Shown here: positions 1 through 9,085 of the stretch, in pieces | Layout of the letters: each line of letters begins with the position of its first letter | Numbering within the stretch: the first letter of the stretch is position 1 | Assembly: GCA_963821875.1 (NCBI GenBank) | Contig: CAWGFE010000002.1 | Span: 330,387 to 394,386 of the forward strand | Reading direction: 5' to 3' | Source of the DNA: an uncultured Alphaproteobacteria bacterium | GTDB taxonomy: Bacteria; Pseudomonadota; Alphaproteobacteria; CAVTAV01 | Length of the DNA: 64,000 bases | Notes under the pieces: model-generated | Seen by the model: the letters and a program-made list of their open reading frames with translations, nothing else | Told to the model about the DNA's origin: nothing | Databases searched by the model: none | Program-made: the position numbers and the translations under genes

Positions 1-645
1 CGCGCGCTGGTCACCGCCGGGCCGACCCACGAAGCGATCGATCCGGTTCGCCACATCGCCAATCGCTCGAGCGGCAAGCAGGGCTACGCAGTGGCGCAAG
101 CGCTCGCCGATCTCGGCGCGGATACGACTCTGGTCTCGGGGCCGACCTCGCTCGCCGATCCGGCGGGCGTCCGTGTGGTCCGCGTTCAATCCGCCCGCGA
201 CATGATGGCGGCCTGTGAAGCGGCGCTGCCCGTCGACGTGGCGGTTTGCGTCGCGGCGGTGGCGGACTGGCGGCCGGCCGATATCCGGGCTTCGAAAATC
301 AAGAAGAACGTCGACGGCGCGCCGAAGCTCGAACTGGTCGAAAACCCGCATATTCTCTCGACGCTCTCGAAGCCGTCGAACCAGCGCCCGAAACTGGTGA
401 TCGGCTTCGCCGCCGAAACCGACGACGTGACGGAAAACGCCAAGGCCAAGCGCGCCAAATACGGCAGCGACTGGATCCTGGCGAACGACGTCTCGACCGG
501 CACCGGCACATTCGGCGGCGAGACCAACCGGGTCCATCTGGTGAGCGGGAACGGCGTGGAAAATTGGCCCGAGGCCAGCAAAATCGAGATCGGCAAGATC
601 CTGGCGAGCCGGATCGCCGACGCATTGACCCTGACGGAAGCCTAA
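1..645 (+). CDS. coaBC: Bifunctional phosphopantothenoylcysteine decarboxylase / phosphopantothenate-cysteine ligase CoaBC, 5'-truncated at the window edge (CoaB/ligase part)
   Basis: Frame 1 is open from nt 1 ([28 protein letters not shown]..., DFP/CoaB-like), stop TAA at 643-645. dut follows immediately (the conserved dfp-dut linkage). Confidence 0.85.
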   Translation, partial: RALVTAGPTHEAIDPVRHIANRSSGKQGYAVAQALADLGADTTLVSGPTSLADPAGVRVVRVQSARDMMAACEAALPVDVAVCVAAVADWRPADIRASKIKKNVDGAPKLELVENPHILSTLSKPSNQRPKLVIGFAAETDDVTENAKAKRAKYGSDWILANDVSTGTGTFGGETNRVHLVSGNGVENWPEASKIEIGKILASRIADALTLTEA

Positions 646-665
646 ATAGTGACAAAGGGGGCGGA

Positions 666-1172
666 GTGACAACATCGAGTGAGAGGAGGCCGGTGGCGGT
701 CTCGATTCAGCGGCTGGAGCATGGCGAGTCCCTCCCCCTGCCAGGCTATGAAACCGAGCACAGCGCCGGGATGGACCTGACCGCGGCGCTGGCGGAGGGC
801 GACGCTCTGGCACTGGCGCCGGGAGAGCGTGCGCTGGTGCCGACCGGTTTCGCGATCGCCCTGCCGGAAGGCTATGAAGCGCAGGTGCGTCCGCGCTCCG
901 GCCTCGCCTTCAAGCACGGCGTGACGGTGCTGAACACACCCGGCACGATCGACGCGGACTATCGTGGCGAGGTGAAGGTCATCCTCGCCAATTTCGGCAA
1001 CGAAACCTTCAGCGTGACGCGCGGCATGCGGATCGCCCAGATGGTGGTGGCCCCGGTCACGCGAATCGACTGGCGGCCGGCCGAGGCGCTCGACGAGACC
1101 ACACGCGGCGCGGGCGGTTTCGGCTCGACGGGCACCAAGACCCCCGTTACGGCCGGTCCGGCGACGAAATGA
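666..1172 (+). CDS. dut: dUTP diphosphatase
   Basis: GTG 666 preceded by AAAGGGGG. 168 aa with dUTPase motifs ([26 protein letters not shown]). The ORF-track N-terminal extension from 246 overlaps coaBC and is not coding. Confidence 0.9.
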   Translation: MTTSSERRPVAVSIQRLEHGESLPLPGYETEHSAGMDLTAALAEGDALALAPGERALVPTGFAIALPEGYEAQVRPRSGLAFKHGVTVLNTPGTIDADYRGEVKVILANFGNETFSVTRGMRIAQMVVAPVTRIDWRPAEALDETTRGAGGFGSTGTKTPVTAGPATK

Positions 1173-1185
1173 ACGGCCGCGCACA

Positions 1186-1641
1186 ATGCTGAAGCTATCG
1201 AAGAAAATGCTGTTCGCGCTCGAGGCGGTGGTAGACATCGCCTACAACTCGCGCACCGAGCCCGTACAGTCCAAGGAGATCACGCGCCGCCAGGGCATTC
1301 CCCAGCGCTATCTCGAGCAGGTGCTCCAGCAGATGGTGCATGCGGGGATCCTCAAGGGCGTGCGCGGCCCGCGCGGCGGCTATCGCCTCGCCAAGGAGCG
1401 CCGCCGGCTGACGGTCGGCGAAATCGTCCGCGTCGTCTCGGCGCTGGAGGGCAACGGCGACGCCAAGGACGCCCAGGTGACCTCGTCGATGGGCACCAAG
1501 GTGATCAAGCCCTTGTGGGACGAGTTGCTCGACGACATCATGCAGCGGCTGGACGAATTGACGATTGAAGACCTGTGCGACCGCGCGGTCAGGTCCGGCG
1601 TGGACCAGGAGCGCCGCAAGACGCTGGACTTCACCATCTGA
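1186..1641 (+). CDS. Rrf2-family transcriptional regulator (CymR/IscR-like)
   Basis: 151 aa. N-terminal wHTH typical of Rrf2 ([20 protein letters not shown]...[15 protein letters not shown]). Lies directly upstream of cysK. Confidence 0.8.
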   Translation: MLKLSKKMLFALEAVVDIAYNSRTEPVQSKEITRRQGIPQRYLEQVLQQMVHAGILKGVRGPRGGYRLAKERRRLTVGEIVRVVSALEGNGDAKDAQVTSSMGTKVIKPLWDELLDDIMQRLDELTIEDLCDRAVRSGVDQERRKTLDFTI

Positions 1642-1679
1642 CGACAGGGACCACCAGCAATAGGGAAGGCAGTGACGCA

Positions 1680-2648
1680 ATGAAAATGTTGGAAACCGGC
1701 ACCAGGGGCCACGGCCATATCTATGACAGCATCACCGACACCATCGGCAACACGCCTCTCGTGCGGCTCAATCATCTGGCCGCCGATCGCGGGGTGAAGG
1801 CCGATATCCTGCTGAAGCTCGAATTCTTCAATCCGATCGCCAGCGTGAAAGACCGAATCGGCGTCGCGATGATCGAGGCGCTGGAGGACATGGGCAAGAT
1901 CACCAAGGACACGACGCTCGTCGAGCCGACCTCCGGCAATACCGGCATCGCGCTGGCCTTCGTGGCGGCGGCGCGCGGCTACAAGCTGATTCTGGTGATG
2001 CCGGACAGCATGTCGATAGAACGCCGCAAGATGTTGCTGCTGCTCGGCGCGAAGCTCGAGCTGACGCCCGCCGCCAAGGGCATGCGGGGCGCGCTGGAGC
2101 GGGCCGAAGAGTTGAAGAAGGAGCTGCCGAACGTCGTCATCCCGCAGCAATTCGTCAATCCGGCCAATCCCGAGATTCATCAGGTCACGACGGCGGAAGA
2201 GATCTGGAACGACACCGGCGGCAAGGTCGATGCCGTGATCTCCGGCGTCGGCACCGGGGGCACGATCACCGGCGTCGGCCATGCGCTGAAGAAGAAGAAG
2301 CCGGATGTCCGCATGGTCGCGGTCGAGCCCGAGGACAGCCCGGTGCTGTCCGGCGGCCAGCCCGGCCCGCACAAAATTCAGGGCATAGGCGCGGGCTTCG
2401 TGCCGGAAATTCTGGATACCGCGGTGATCGACGATGTCGTCACCATCGGCAACGAAACCGCCTTCGAGACCGCCCGGCTGGTCGCCAAGCGGGACGGCAT
2501 CCCGGTTGGGATCTCGTCCGGCGCGGCCGTCGCGGCGGCGCTCGAGATCGCGGAACGGCCGGAGATGGAGGGAAAGACGATCGTCGTCATCATTCCGTCC
2601 TTCGCCGAGCGCTATCTCTCCACCGACCTGTTCGAAGGAATCGGTTGA
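1680..2648 (+). CDS. cysK: Cysteine synthase A (O-acetylserine sulfhydrylase)
   Basis: ATG 1680 with GGGAAGG 12 nt upstream. PLP-enzyme motifs ([27 protein letters not shown]). 322 aa. Confidence 0.9.
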   Translation: MKMLETGTRGHGHIYDSITDTIGNTPLVRLNHLAADRGVKADILLKLEFFNPIASVKDRIGVAMIEALEDMGKITKDTTLVEPTSGNTGIALAFVAAARGYKLILVMPDSMSIERRKMLLLLGAKLELTPAAKGMRGALERAEELKKELPNVVIPQQFVNPANPEIHQVTTAEEIWNDTGGKVDAVISGVGTGGTITGVGHALKKKKPDVRMVAVEPEDSPVLSGGQPGPHKIQGIGAGFVPEILDTAVIDDVVTIGNETAFETARLVAKRDGIPVGISSGAAVAAALEIAERPEMEGKTIVVIIPSFAERYLSTDLFEGIG

Positions 2649-2689
2649 GACCGACACCATCCACAACAACCCAAAGGGGGACAACCCGT

Positions 2690-3070
2690 ATGCTTACGCA
2701 CATCACCATCGGCTTCGACAATGTGGAAGAGGCCCGTGCCTTCTACGATCACATCATGGAGCCGCTGGGCTATAGCCGGGCCATGGACCACGGCGATATG
2801 AGCGCCTACGGCCCGGACGGCGGCCGGCCTCAGTTCATGATCCTGAAGCCGCGCGACGGCAATCCGGCGAGCTCCGCCAACGGCGGCACGATCGGACTCA
2901 TCGCGCCGAACCGCGCCTCGGTCGACGAATTCCATCGCCGCGCGCTCGAAAAGGGTGGCATGGACGAAGGCGCGCCCGGCCCGCGGCCGTTCGGCGAGAA
3001 TATATACGCCGCCTATATCCGCGATATCGGCGGCCACAAAGTCTGCGCGGTCTGCTCGACGGCGGAATAA
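2690..3070 (+). CDS. VOC (glyoxalase/bleomycin-resistance) family protein
   Basis: ATG 2690 with AAAGGGGG upstream. 126 aa with a glyoxalase-like fold (MLTHITIGFDNVEEARAFYDHIMEPLGY...). Confidence 0.6.
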   Translation: MLTHITIGFDNVEEARAFYDHIMEPLGYSRAMDHGDMSAYGPDGGRPQFMILKPRDGNPASSANGGTIGLIAPNRASVDEFHRRALEKGGMDEGAPGPRPFGENIYAAYIRDIGGHKVCAVCSTAE

Positions 3071-3075
3071 CGGCC

Positions 3076-3867
3076 TTGGCGCTCACCGACGACCAGCTCG
3101 AACGCTACGCCCGCCACATCATCCTCAAAGAGGTCGGTGGGGCGGGCCAGGCACGTTTGCTGTCGTCGAGCGTTCTCGTTGTGGGGGCGGGCGGTCTCGG
3201 CTCGCCCCTGCTTCTCTATCTGGCGGCTGCCGGCGTCGGGCGGATCGGCATCGTCGATTTCGACAAGGTCTCGCTCTCCAACCTGCAACGCCAGATCATT
3301 CACACCACGCCCGATGTCGGACGGCTCAAGACCGAGAGCGCGGCGGAGAAGATCGCCGCGATAAACCCCGATGTCGAAGTTATTACGCATACGGAACGAC
3401 TATCGGAAGATAACGCCTTGGCGCTGATATCGGCCTATGACGTGGTGGCCGACGGCACCGACAGTTTCGAGACCCGCTTTCTGGTCAATGACGCCTGTTA
3501 TTTCGCCAGGCGTCCCCTCGTCTCGGCCGCGCTCGGCCAGTTCGAAGGCCAGCTTTCCACCTACAAGGCCTATGAAGGCGGCGACAATCCCTGTTACCGC
3601 TGCCTGTTCCCGGCCCCGCCCCCGCCCGGCACGATCCCGAGCTGCGCCGAGGGCGGAATCCTGGGTGCGCTGGCCGGCGCCATGGGTTCGCTCCAGGCCG
3701 TCGAAGTGCTGAAAGAGCTCATGGAAATCGGCGAGGGCATGAGCGGGAAGCTGATGATCTATGACGCCCTGAGCGCCCGCACCCGCCTCGTGAAGATCAA
3801 ACCCGACCCCGACTGCGCTCTCTGCAGCGCCCACGCCACGATCCGCCAATTTCCTCCAGCGGCGTGA
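3076..3867 (+). CDS. moeB: ThiF/MoeB-family adenylyltransferase (molybdopterin-synthase adenylyltransferase-like)
   Basis: TTG 3076. Rossmann GxGxxG (VVGAGGLGSP), ArgFinger-like region, and a C-terminal pair of CxxC motifs (CYRC...CALC) as in MoeB/MoeZ. Confidence 0.75.
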   Translation: MALTDDQLERYARHIILKEVGGAGQARLLSSSVLVVGAGGLGSPLLLYLAAAGVGRIGIVDFDKVSLSNLQRQIIHTTPDVGRLKTESAAEKIAAINPDVEVITHTERLSEDNALALISAYDVVADGTDSFETRFLVNDACYFARRPLVSAALGQFEGQLSTYKAYEGGDNPCYRCLFPAPPPPGTIPSCAEGGILGALAGAMGSLQAVEVLKELMEIGEGMSGKLMIYDALSARTRLVKIKPDPDCALCSAHATIRQFPPAA

Positions 3868-3876
3868 CGTAAAATG

Positions 3877-3894
3877 CGTTTCGGATCCGAAACG
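3877..3894 (+). terminator. Perfect hairpin cgtttcgg-at-ccgaaacg 10 nt after the moeB stop. No U-tract follows it.
   Basis: Seen directly in the sequence. Only a weak intrinsic-terminator candidate, because the T-run is missing. Confidence 0.3.
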
Positions 3895-3950
3895 ATAGCT
3901 TTCAGACCTATTTCTGAGCCAATGGGAGCCTTCGCGGCTCATATCGAGCC

Positions 3951-4865
3951 GTGACCGGCGCTTCTCAGCGGGAGACCGTGCCGCGCGACGATTTGCCAGC
4001 GGCCGGGCCAAAGCGCCCACGGCTTTGGCCGGTCCTCGTGGTCGCCATTTTCGGCATGCCGGCCGCAGCGATCATCGCGGGCGTGATCATGGCGCTCACC
4101 GCGGCGGTGGCCGACGGCGGGCCCATACGCTTCGACCGGACCTATCTCCAACACGTCCTGACCTTGCCGCCCGTCCTCATCGCGTCCGTCGTCGGCTTCG
4201 AGGTCGGGCTTGGCCTCGTGGTGATCGTGCCGTCGCTGCTCTCTCCCGAGCCGTGGTATCGCCGGCTCGGCCTTGTCGGGTTTCGGGGATACGGCAAAGC
4301 GCTGCCGCTCTTTATTCTCGGAACCTTCGCGATCAATCATTTTCTCTCGGTGGTCCTGCCGCCCCTTGTCGGCTCTCCCGCGTCCTATGAAGTCCCGCTC
4401 GTCCAGATACTCAAGAACAGCAGCCTGCCGGGTCAGATTGTCCTGATCTTCACGGCGACCATTTTCGCCGGTTTCATCGAGGAAATCGTCTTTCGCGGCT
4501 ATATCCAGCGGCGCTTGCTCCGGCGATGGCCGGTCTGGCTGGCCATCGGCGCGGCGAGTTTGCTGTTCGCCCTGGCGCATTTCAGCCTCAGCTATGCGGT
4601 CTATATCCTGCCCATCGGCATTTGGCTCGGCCTCGTCGCCTGGCGCACCGGGTCGACCTGGTGTTCCATGACCTGCCACCTGTTCAACAATCTGATAGCC
4701 GTGATCGTCCTCTATGCAGGCGGCGCAAGCACGGCGGACGTCTCAGATGCCGCCAAATGGGAGATACCGGTCGCCGTTGTCGCAGTGCCGATCATGATCT
4801 GGGCCGGCGTCGTCCTGTTCAGGCTGCCGCTGGCGGCGGCCGCTCCCCGCCGGTCGGGAGGCTAG
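3951..4865 (+). CDS. CPBP-family intramembrane metalloprotease (CAAX protease / abortive-infection-like)
   Basis: GTG 3951. Multi-TM protein with the EExxxR (FIEEIVFRGY) and FxxxH (LFALAHF) motifs of the CPBP/Abi family. Confidence 0.75.
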   Translation: MTGASQRETVPRDDLPAAGPKRPRLWPVLVVAIFGMPAAAIIAGVIMALTAAVADGGPIRFDRTYLQHVLTLPPVLIASVVGFEVGLGLVVIVPSLLSPEPWYRRLGLVGFRGYGKALPLFILGTFAINHFLSVVLPPLVGSPASYEVPLVQILKNSSLPGQIVLIFTATIFAGFIEEIVFRGYIQRRLLRRWPVWLAIGAASLLFALAHFSLSYAVYILPIGIWLGLVAWRTGSTWCSMTCHLFNNLIAVIVLYAGGASTADVSDAAKWEIPVAVVAVPIMIWAGVVLFRLPLAAAAPRRSGG

Positions 4866-5845
4866 ACGAAATCCCCGAAGACGCGGTCCGGCGGTTTGTG
4901 GCCGTCGACGAAGGTTTTGATATTGATGAGAACCTTCTCGCCCATATCGATGCGGGCTTCGATCGTGGCCGAGCCCATATGGGGCAGCAGCACGACGTTA
5001 TCGAGTTCGATCAGCTTCGGGTTCACCGCCGGCTCGTGCTCGAACACGTCCAGCCCGGCGCCCGCCAGCTCGCCGGCCAACAGCATGCGGGTGAGCGCGT
5101 TTTCGTCGATCACTTCGCCGCGCGCAGTGTTCACGATATAGCATTTCGGCTGCAGCAGCTTGAGCCGCCGGGCCGACAGCAGATGGTAGGTCGCGGGCGT
5201 ATGCGGACAGTTGACCGAGATGATGTCCATCCGGGCCAGCATCTGATCGAGACTTTCCCAATAGGTCGCCTCCAGCTCCTCCTCGATCTTGGAATGAACC
5301 GGCTTGCGGTTGTGATAATGGATCGCCAGACCGAAGGCCTTGGCGCGCCGGGCGACCGCCTGGCCGATCCGGCCCATGCCGATAATGCCGAGCCGCTTGC
5401 CCCAGATCCGGTGCCCGAGCATCCAGGTCGGCGACCAGCCTTTCCATTTGCCCTCGCGCATGATCCGCTCGCCCTCCGCCAGGCGGCGCGGCACGGCCAG
5501 CATCAACGCCATGGTCATGTCGGCAGTGTCTTCGGTGAGCACGCCGGGCGTATTGGTGACGGTGACGCCGCGCTGGCGGGCGGTGGCGAGATCGATGTGG
5601 TCGGTTCCATTGCCGAAATTGGCGATCAGCCGCAAATTCGGGTTGGCTTGGCTCAGCACCGCGCTGTCGATCCGGTCCGTGACCGTCGGCACCAGGATAT
5701 CGGCGATTTTGGCGGCTTCGACCAACTCGCCCTGGGTCATGGGCTCGTCGGACAGATTGAGCCGCGCGTCGAACAGCTCCATCATCCGGGTTTCGATGGC
5801 GTCGGGAAGCTTCCGCGTGACGACGACGACAGGCTTTTTCGGCAT
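4862..5845 (-). CDS. D-isomer-specific 2-hydroxyacid dehydrogenase (glyoxylate/hydroxypyruvate reductase-like)
   Basis: 327 aa. NAD-binding GxGxxG (GIIGMGRIGQAVA), catalytic R/E/H region (NTARG...HMGSAT). RBS GGAGAT before the ATG at 5845. Confidence 0.85.
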   Translation of the reverse strand: MPKKPVVVVTRKLPDAIETRMMELFDARLNLSDEPMTQGELVEAAKIADILVPTVTDRIDSAVLSQANPNLRLIANFGNGTDHIDLATARQRGVTVTNTPGVLTEDTADMTMALMLAVPRRLAEGERIMREGKWKGWSPTWMLGHRIWGKRLGIIGMGRIGQAVARRAKAFGLAIHYHNRKPVHSKIEEELEATYWESLDQMLARMDIISVNCPHTPATYHLLSARRLKLLQPKCYIVNTARGEVIDENALTRMLLAGELAGAGLDVFEHEPAVNPKLIELDNVVLLPHMGSATIEARIDMGEKVLINIKTFVDGHKPPDRVFGDFV

Positions 5846-6148
5846 TCAGGATCTCCAAAAACCACCGGCCGGAACCCTCGCCGACTGCGGAGTATCGGCG
5901 GAGCATCCTGTCCTTATGTTCCAGTGCCGTGACGAGCGGCATATGGCCGCATCGGCCAAGGCCTGGATTCTGTCTAGCAGAACTCCCGGATCGACTCAAA
6001 CCGGGCTCTGCGGACGCAATTCCCGCGCGCCCATGCGATACTCGTGCCCGACCAGCCCCTTGACCCCTGGACAAGGCCTTCGGCATAAGAACGGCCAAGT
6101 CTAAACCTGTTGCCGGGATTATCCCACAAAAGTGAAGGAAGCCAGAGC

Positions 6149-6676
6149 GTGAGGCGCTTCCCGTTGTTGTCTCGCCATTTCCCCGGCGCCGTCGGGCTGA
6201 TCGGCCTGTGCCTGTCGATCCTCCTGCCGCTGCCGCTGTCGAGCGCCACGGCGCAGGACCAGGACACGCTGCCCGTACCCCGCTTCGTCTCGATCGGGGC
6301 GGATCGCGCCAATGTGCGCACCGGACCGGGCAAGCGCTATCCGATCGACTGGGTCTTCGTGAAAAAGGGCATTCCGGTCAAGGTGATCGCGGATTTCGGC
6401 AATTGGCGCAAGATCCGGGACGTGGACGGCTCGGAGGGCTGGGTCTACCGGGCGCTTCTTTCCTCCCGGCGCAACGCCATCGTGACCGGCGGCCAGCACG
6501 CGGTCTATGTCCAGCCGGACGCCAGCACCGGCACGGTGTTCTTCGCGGATGCCGGCGTGATGGGCAAGCTGGACAGCTGCGTCAGGGACTGGTGCGAGAT
6601 CTCGGTCAGGGATTTCACCGGCTGGATCCCCAAGACGCAGATCTGGGGCGCGCTTCCCGAAGAGCAATTCGAATAA
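6149..6676 (+). CDS. Secreted bacterial SH3-domain protein
   Basis: GTG 6149 with GAAGGAAG upstream. Signal-peptide-like N-terminus (RRFPLLSRHFPGAVGLIGLCLSILLPLPLSSATAQ). Two SH3b-like repeats (ANVRTGPGKRYPIDWVF..., GWVYRALL...). The ORF-track alternative start is TTG 6110. Confidence 0.6.
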   Translation: MRRFPLLSRHFPGAVGLIGLCLSILLPLPLSSATAQDQDTLPVPRFVSIGADRANVRTGPGKRYPIDWVFVKKGIPVKVIADFGNWRKIRDVDGSEGWVYRALLSSRRNAIVTGGQHAVYVQPDASTGTVFFADAGVMGKLDSCVRDWCEISVRDFTGWIPKTQIWGALPEEQFE

Positions 6677-6700
6677 GCCGCCTCCCGGCCCCGCAATCCG

Positions 6701-6713
6701 AATTTGAGCGCAA
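6701..6713 (+). promoter_or_regulatory. Candidate Ada box (AAT-N6-GCAA: aatttgagcgcaa) about 60 nt upstream of the ada start
   Basis: The sequence matches the E. coli Ada-binding consensus AAT(N6)GCAA and sits upstream of an ada-alkB operon. Its function here is inferred, not shown. Confidence 0.35.
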
Positions 6714-6776
6714 GAGCCGGAGTGCGTAAGCTGGCATATGTCTCCACATTAGGGTCGGAACCGACAGGAGACCGCC

Positions 6777-7820
6777 ATGTACCGAACCGATGAACAACGC
6801 TGGACCGCCATTGCCGCGCGCGACGCCCGCGCCGAGGGTAGCTTCGTCTATTCCGTGGCGAGCACCGGCGTCTATTGCCGGCCGGGCTGCCCGTCCCGGC
6901 TGCCGCGCCGGGAGAATGTCCGCTTTCACGTGAATGCGGCCGCCGCCGCAAAAGCCGGGTTCCGGCCCTGCAAGCGCTGCCGGCCCCATGAGACCTCGCT
7001 CGGCGAACGGAATGCCGCCATCGTGACGCAAGCGTGCCGGACGATCGAGACGGCGGCTGAAATGCCGAGTCTCGATGCGTTGGCCGATGGAGCGGGACTT
7101 AGCCGCTTTCACTTTCATCGGCTGTTCAAATCCCTCACGGGCGTGACGCCCAAGGCCTATGGCGATGCCCACCGGGCCGAGCGGATGAGGCACGCCCTCG
7201 CGGACAGCGCGTCGGTGACGGACGCGATCTATGATGCCGGATATACGTCGAGCAGCCGGTTCTACGACAAATCCACCGCCCAACTCGGCATGACGCCGAC
7301 CCGCTTTCGCAGCGGCGGCGTCGCCGAGACGATCCGATATGGAATCGGGCGTTGCTCCCTGGGGCGGGTGCTTGTCGCAGCGACTGACAACGGGATCTGC
7401 GCGATCTCGCTCGGCGGGGACGGCGACGAGCTTGTTTCGGCGCTCCGGCGGCGATTCCCGAAGGCGTCGCTCTCGCCGGGCGGGCGAGGTTTCGACCAAA
7501 CGATCGCGCGTGTAATCGCTTTCGTCGACCGGCCGGAACTCGGCCTCGATCTGCCGTTGGATTTAAGAGGGACCGCCTTCCAGATCCGGGTCTGGCAAGC
7601 TCTGCGTGCGATCCCGGCGGGCGAGACGGTCAGCTATAGCGAGCTTGCCGCCCGGCTCGGCATGCAGAACGCCACGAGGGCGGTGGCAGGCGCGTGCGCG
7701 GCGAATTCCGTGGCCGTCGCGGTGCCCTGTCACCGGGTCGTGCGAAACGACGGCCAACTGGCGGGTTATCGCTGGGGGATCGAGCGCAAACGCGCGCTTC
7801 TCGAGCGGGAGGGCGAATGA
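6777..7820 (+). CDS. ada: Bifunctional transcriptional activator / methylphosphotriester- and O6-methylguanine-DNA methyltransferase Ada
   Basis: N-terminal Cys4 Ada zinc site (CRPGCPSR...CKRC), AraC-type HTH, and the C-terminal MGMT domain with PCHRVV. 347 aa. Confidence 0.9.
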   Translation: MYRTDEQRWTAIAARDARAEGSFVYSVASTGVYCRPGCPSRLPRRENVRFHVNAAAAAKAGFRPCKRCRPHETSLGERNAAIVTQACRTIETAAEMPSLDALADGAGLSRFHFHRLFKSLTGVTPKAYGDAHRAERMRHALADSASVTDAIYDAGYTSSSRFYDKSTAQLGMTPTRFRSGGVAETIRYGIGRCSLGRVLVAATDNGICAISLGGDGDELVSALRRRFPKASLSPGGRGFDQTIARVIAFVDRPELGLDLPLDLRGTAFQIRVWQALRAIPAGETVSYSELAARLGMQNATRAVAGACAANSVAVAVPCHRVVRNDGQLAGYRWGIERKRALLEREGE

Positions 7821-8482
7821 GCCGGATTCCCGGAGCCGCGCTCGGCAGCCTTTTCGAGGAGCCCCCGCCCGGCGCGGTTGAAACCATCGCGGACGGAGCC
7901 ATGGTCCTGCGCGGTTTTGCGAGCGCCGAAAGCCCGGACCTGATCGAGGCCGTTCAAACGATCGCGGCGGCGGCCCCGTTTCGCCATATGGTCACGCCCG
8001 GCGGCGGGCGCATGTCGGCGGCGATGACCAATTGCGGGCGCGGCTGGGTGACGGACGGCAAAGGCTATCGCTACGCGCTGCGAGATCCCGAAACCGGCAA
8101 ACCCTGGCCCGTCCTGCCCGATCTGTTCCTGTCGTTCGCGGACCGCGCGGCCGCCAAAGCGGGTTTCCCGGGCTTCGCGCCGGACGGCTGCCTGATCAAC
8201 CGCTACGAGCCCGACGCCCGAATGGGTCTGCATCAGGACAAGGACGAGAACGACCGGACGGCGCCGATAGTCTCGGTCTCGCTCGGCCTGCCCGCGATCT
8301 TCCTGTTCGGCGGCGCCGCGCGGCGCGATCGCCCGCGCAAGATCGCGCTTTCAAATGGCGATGTGGTGGTCTGGGGCGGACCGGCGCAATTCACCTATCA
8401 CGGCATCGCGCCGCTCGCGGACGGCGAGCATCCGCTCACCGGACGCTGCCGCTATAACCTGACGCTCAGAAAAGCGCTTTAG
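7817..8482 (+). CDS. alkB: Alpha-ketoglutarate-dependent dioxygenase AlkB
   Basis: Its ATG overlaps the ada stop (ATGA). It carries the HxD...H Fe(II)/2OG motifs (GLHQDKDEND, FTYHGI). 221 aa. Confidence 0.85.
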   Translation: MSRIPGAALGSLFEEPPPGAVETIADGAMVLRGFASAESPDLIEAVQTIAAAAPFRHMVTPGGGRMSAAMTNCGRGWVTDGKGYRYALRDPETGKPWPVLPDLFLSFADRAAAKAGFPGFAPDGCLINRYEPDARMGLHQDKDENDRTAPIVSVSLGLPAIFLFGGAARRDRPRKIALSNGDVVVWGGPAQFTYHGIAPLADGEHPLTGRCRYNLTLRKAL

Positions 8483-9072
8483 TCGAAATCTTCCGCCAGC
8501 GCTTCACGGCTGTCCGCCGGGAGGCGGGCCATATGGCCGTAATTGGGGTGATCGACCTCGATCATGACGTCGACGGACGGATCGCGGAACCTGGCGACCT
8601 GCGCGGGCGTGAAAGGGAAATGGAGGAAATGGACCGACGAGGTCTTGCCGGCTTCCGTGGTGCGCTCGACGTCCGTCTCGAAGGTCGCATGGACCTTGTC
8701 GCCGCCGACGACGATATTCACCTTGTCCTCGATATGGCCGAGGGTGCCGAGCACTTCCTTGCGCTTCTTCTCGTCCGGGATCTCGATCATCATCGTAGCG
8801 ACCAGTTCTGAGCCTTGCGGGATCAGCGGATTATAGGCCGCCAGTTCGTCGGCCAATTGCTCGTCGCCGCCTCGCTCGGCGTGGAGCATTTCCTGAACCT
8901 GCGTCCACATCGTGTCGTAGTTCTCGAAATAGAAGGTGACATAGGGGCCGACCGAAATCCGGCGGCGGCGCTTCAGCGCGATCATCTCGGCCCGGCGCTC
9001 GCCGCGCTTGGCCGCGTATTCCTCGTAGGGGAGGATATCCTCCCTGGTGATCACACGTTGGCTGGCATTCAT
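8479..9072 (-). CDS. DUF3501-family protein
   Basis: 197 aa. The size and sequence character fit DUF3501, a family reported to co-occur with CCG-domain Fe-S proteins. It is the last gene of the rubrerythrin / Fe-S operon. Confidence 0.65.
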   Translation of the reverse strand: MNASQRVITREDILPYEEYAAKRGERRAEMIALKRRRRISVGPYVTFYFENYDTMWTQVQEMLHAERGGDEQLADELAAYNPLIPQGSELVATMMIEIPDEKKRKEVLGTLGHIEDKVNIVVGGDKVHATFETDVERTTEAGKTSSVHFLHFPFTPAQVARFRDPSVDVMIEVDHPNYGHMARLPADSREALAEDFD

Positions 9073-9085
9073 CGTCTTTTTCCTT

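Noticed and set aside
246-665. N-terminal 140-aa extension of the dut ORF ([11 protein letters not shown]...)
   Set aside because: It overlaps coaBC in another frame and is Arg-rich nonsense. dUTPase begins at GTG 666 with its own RBS.
5846-6148. tRNA or small-RNA gene in the 303-bp spacer before the SH3-protein gene
   Set aside because: No T-loop (GTTCGA/GGTTCGAATCC-like) or cloverleaf pattern is present. There is only a possible CTTGAC -35 element at 6059-6064 and short palindromes.
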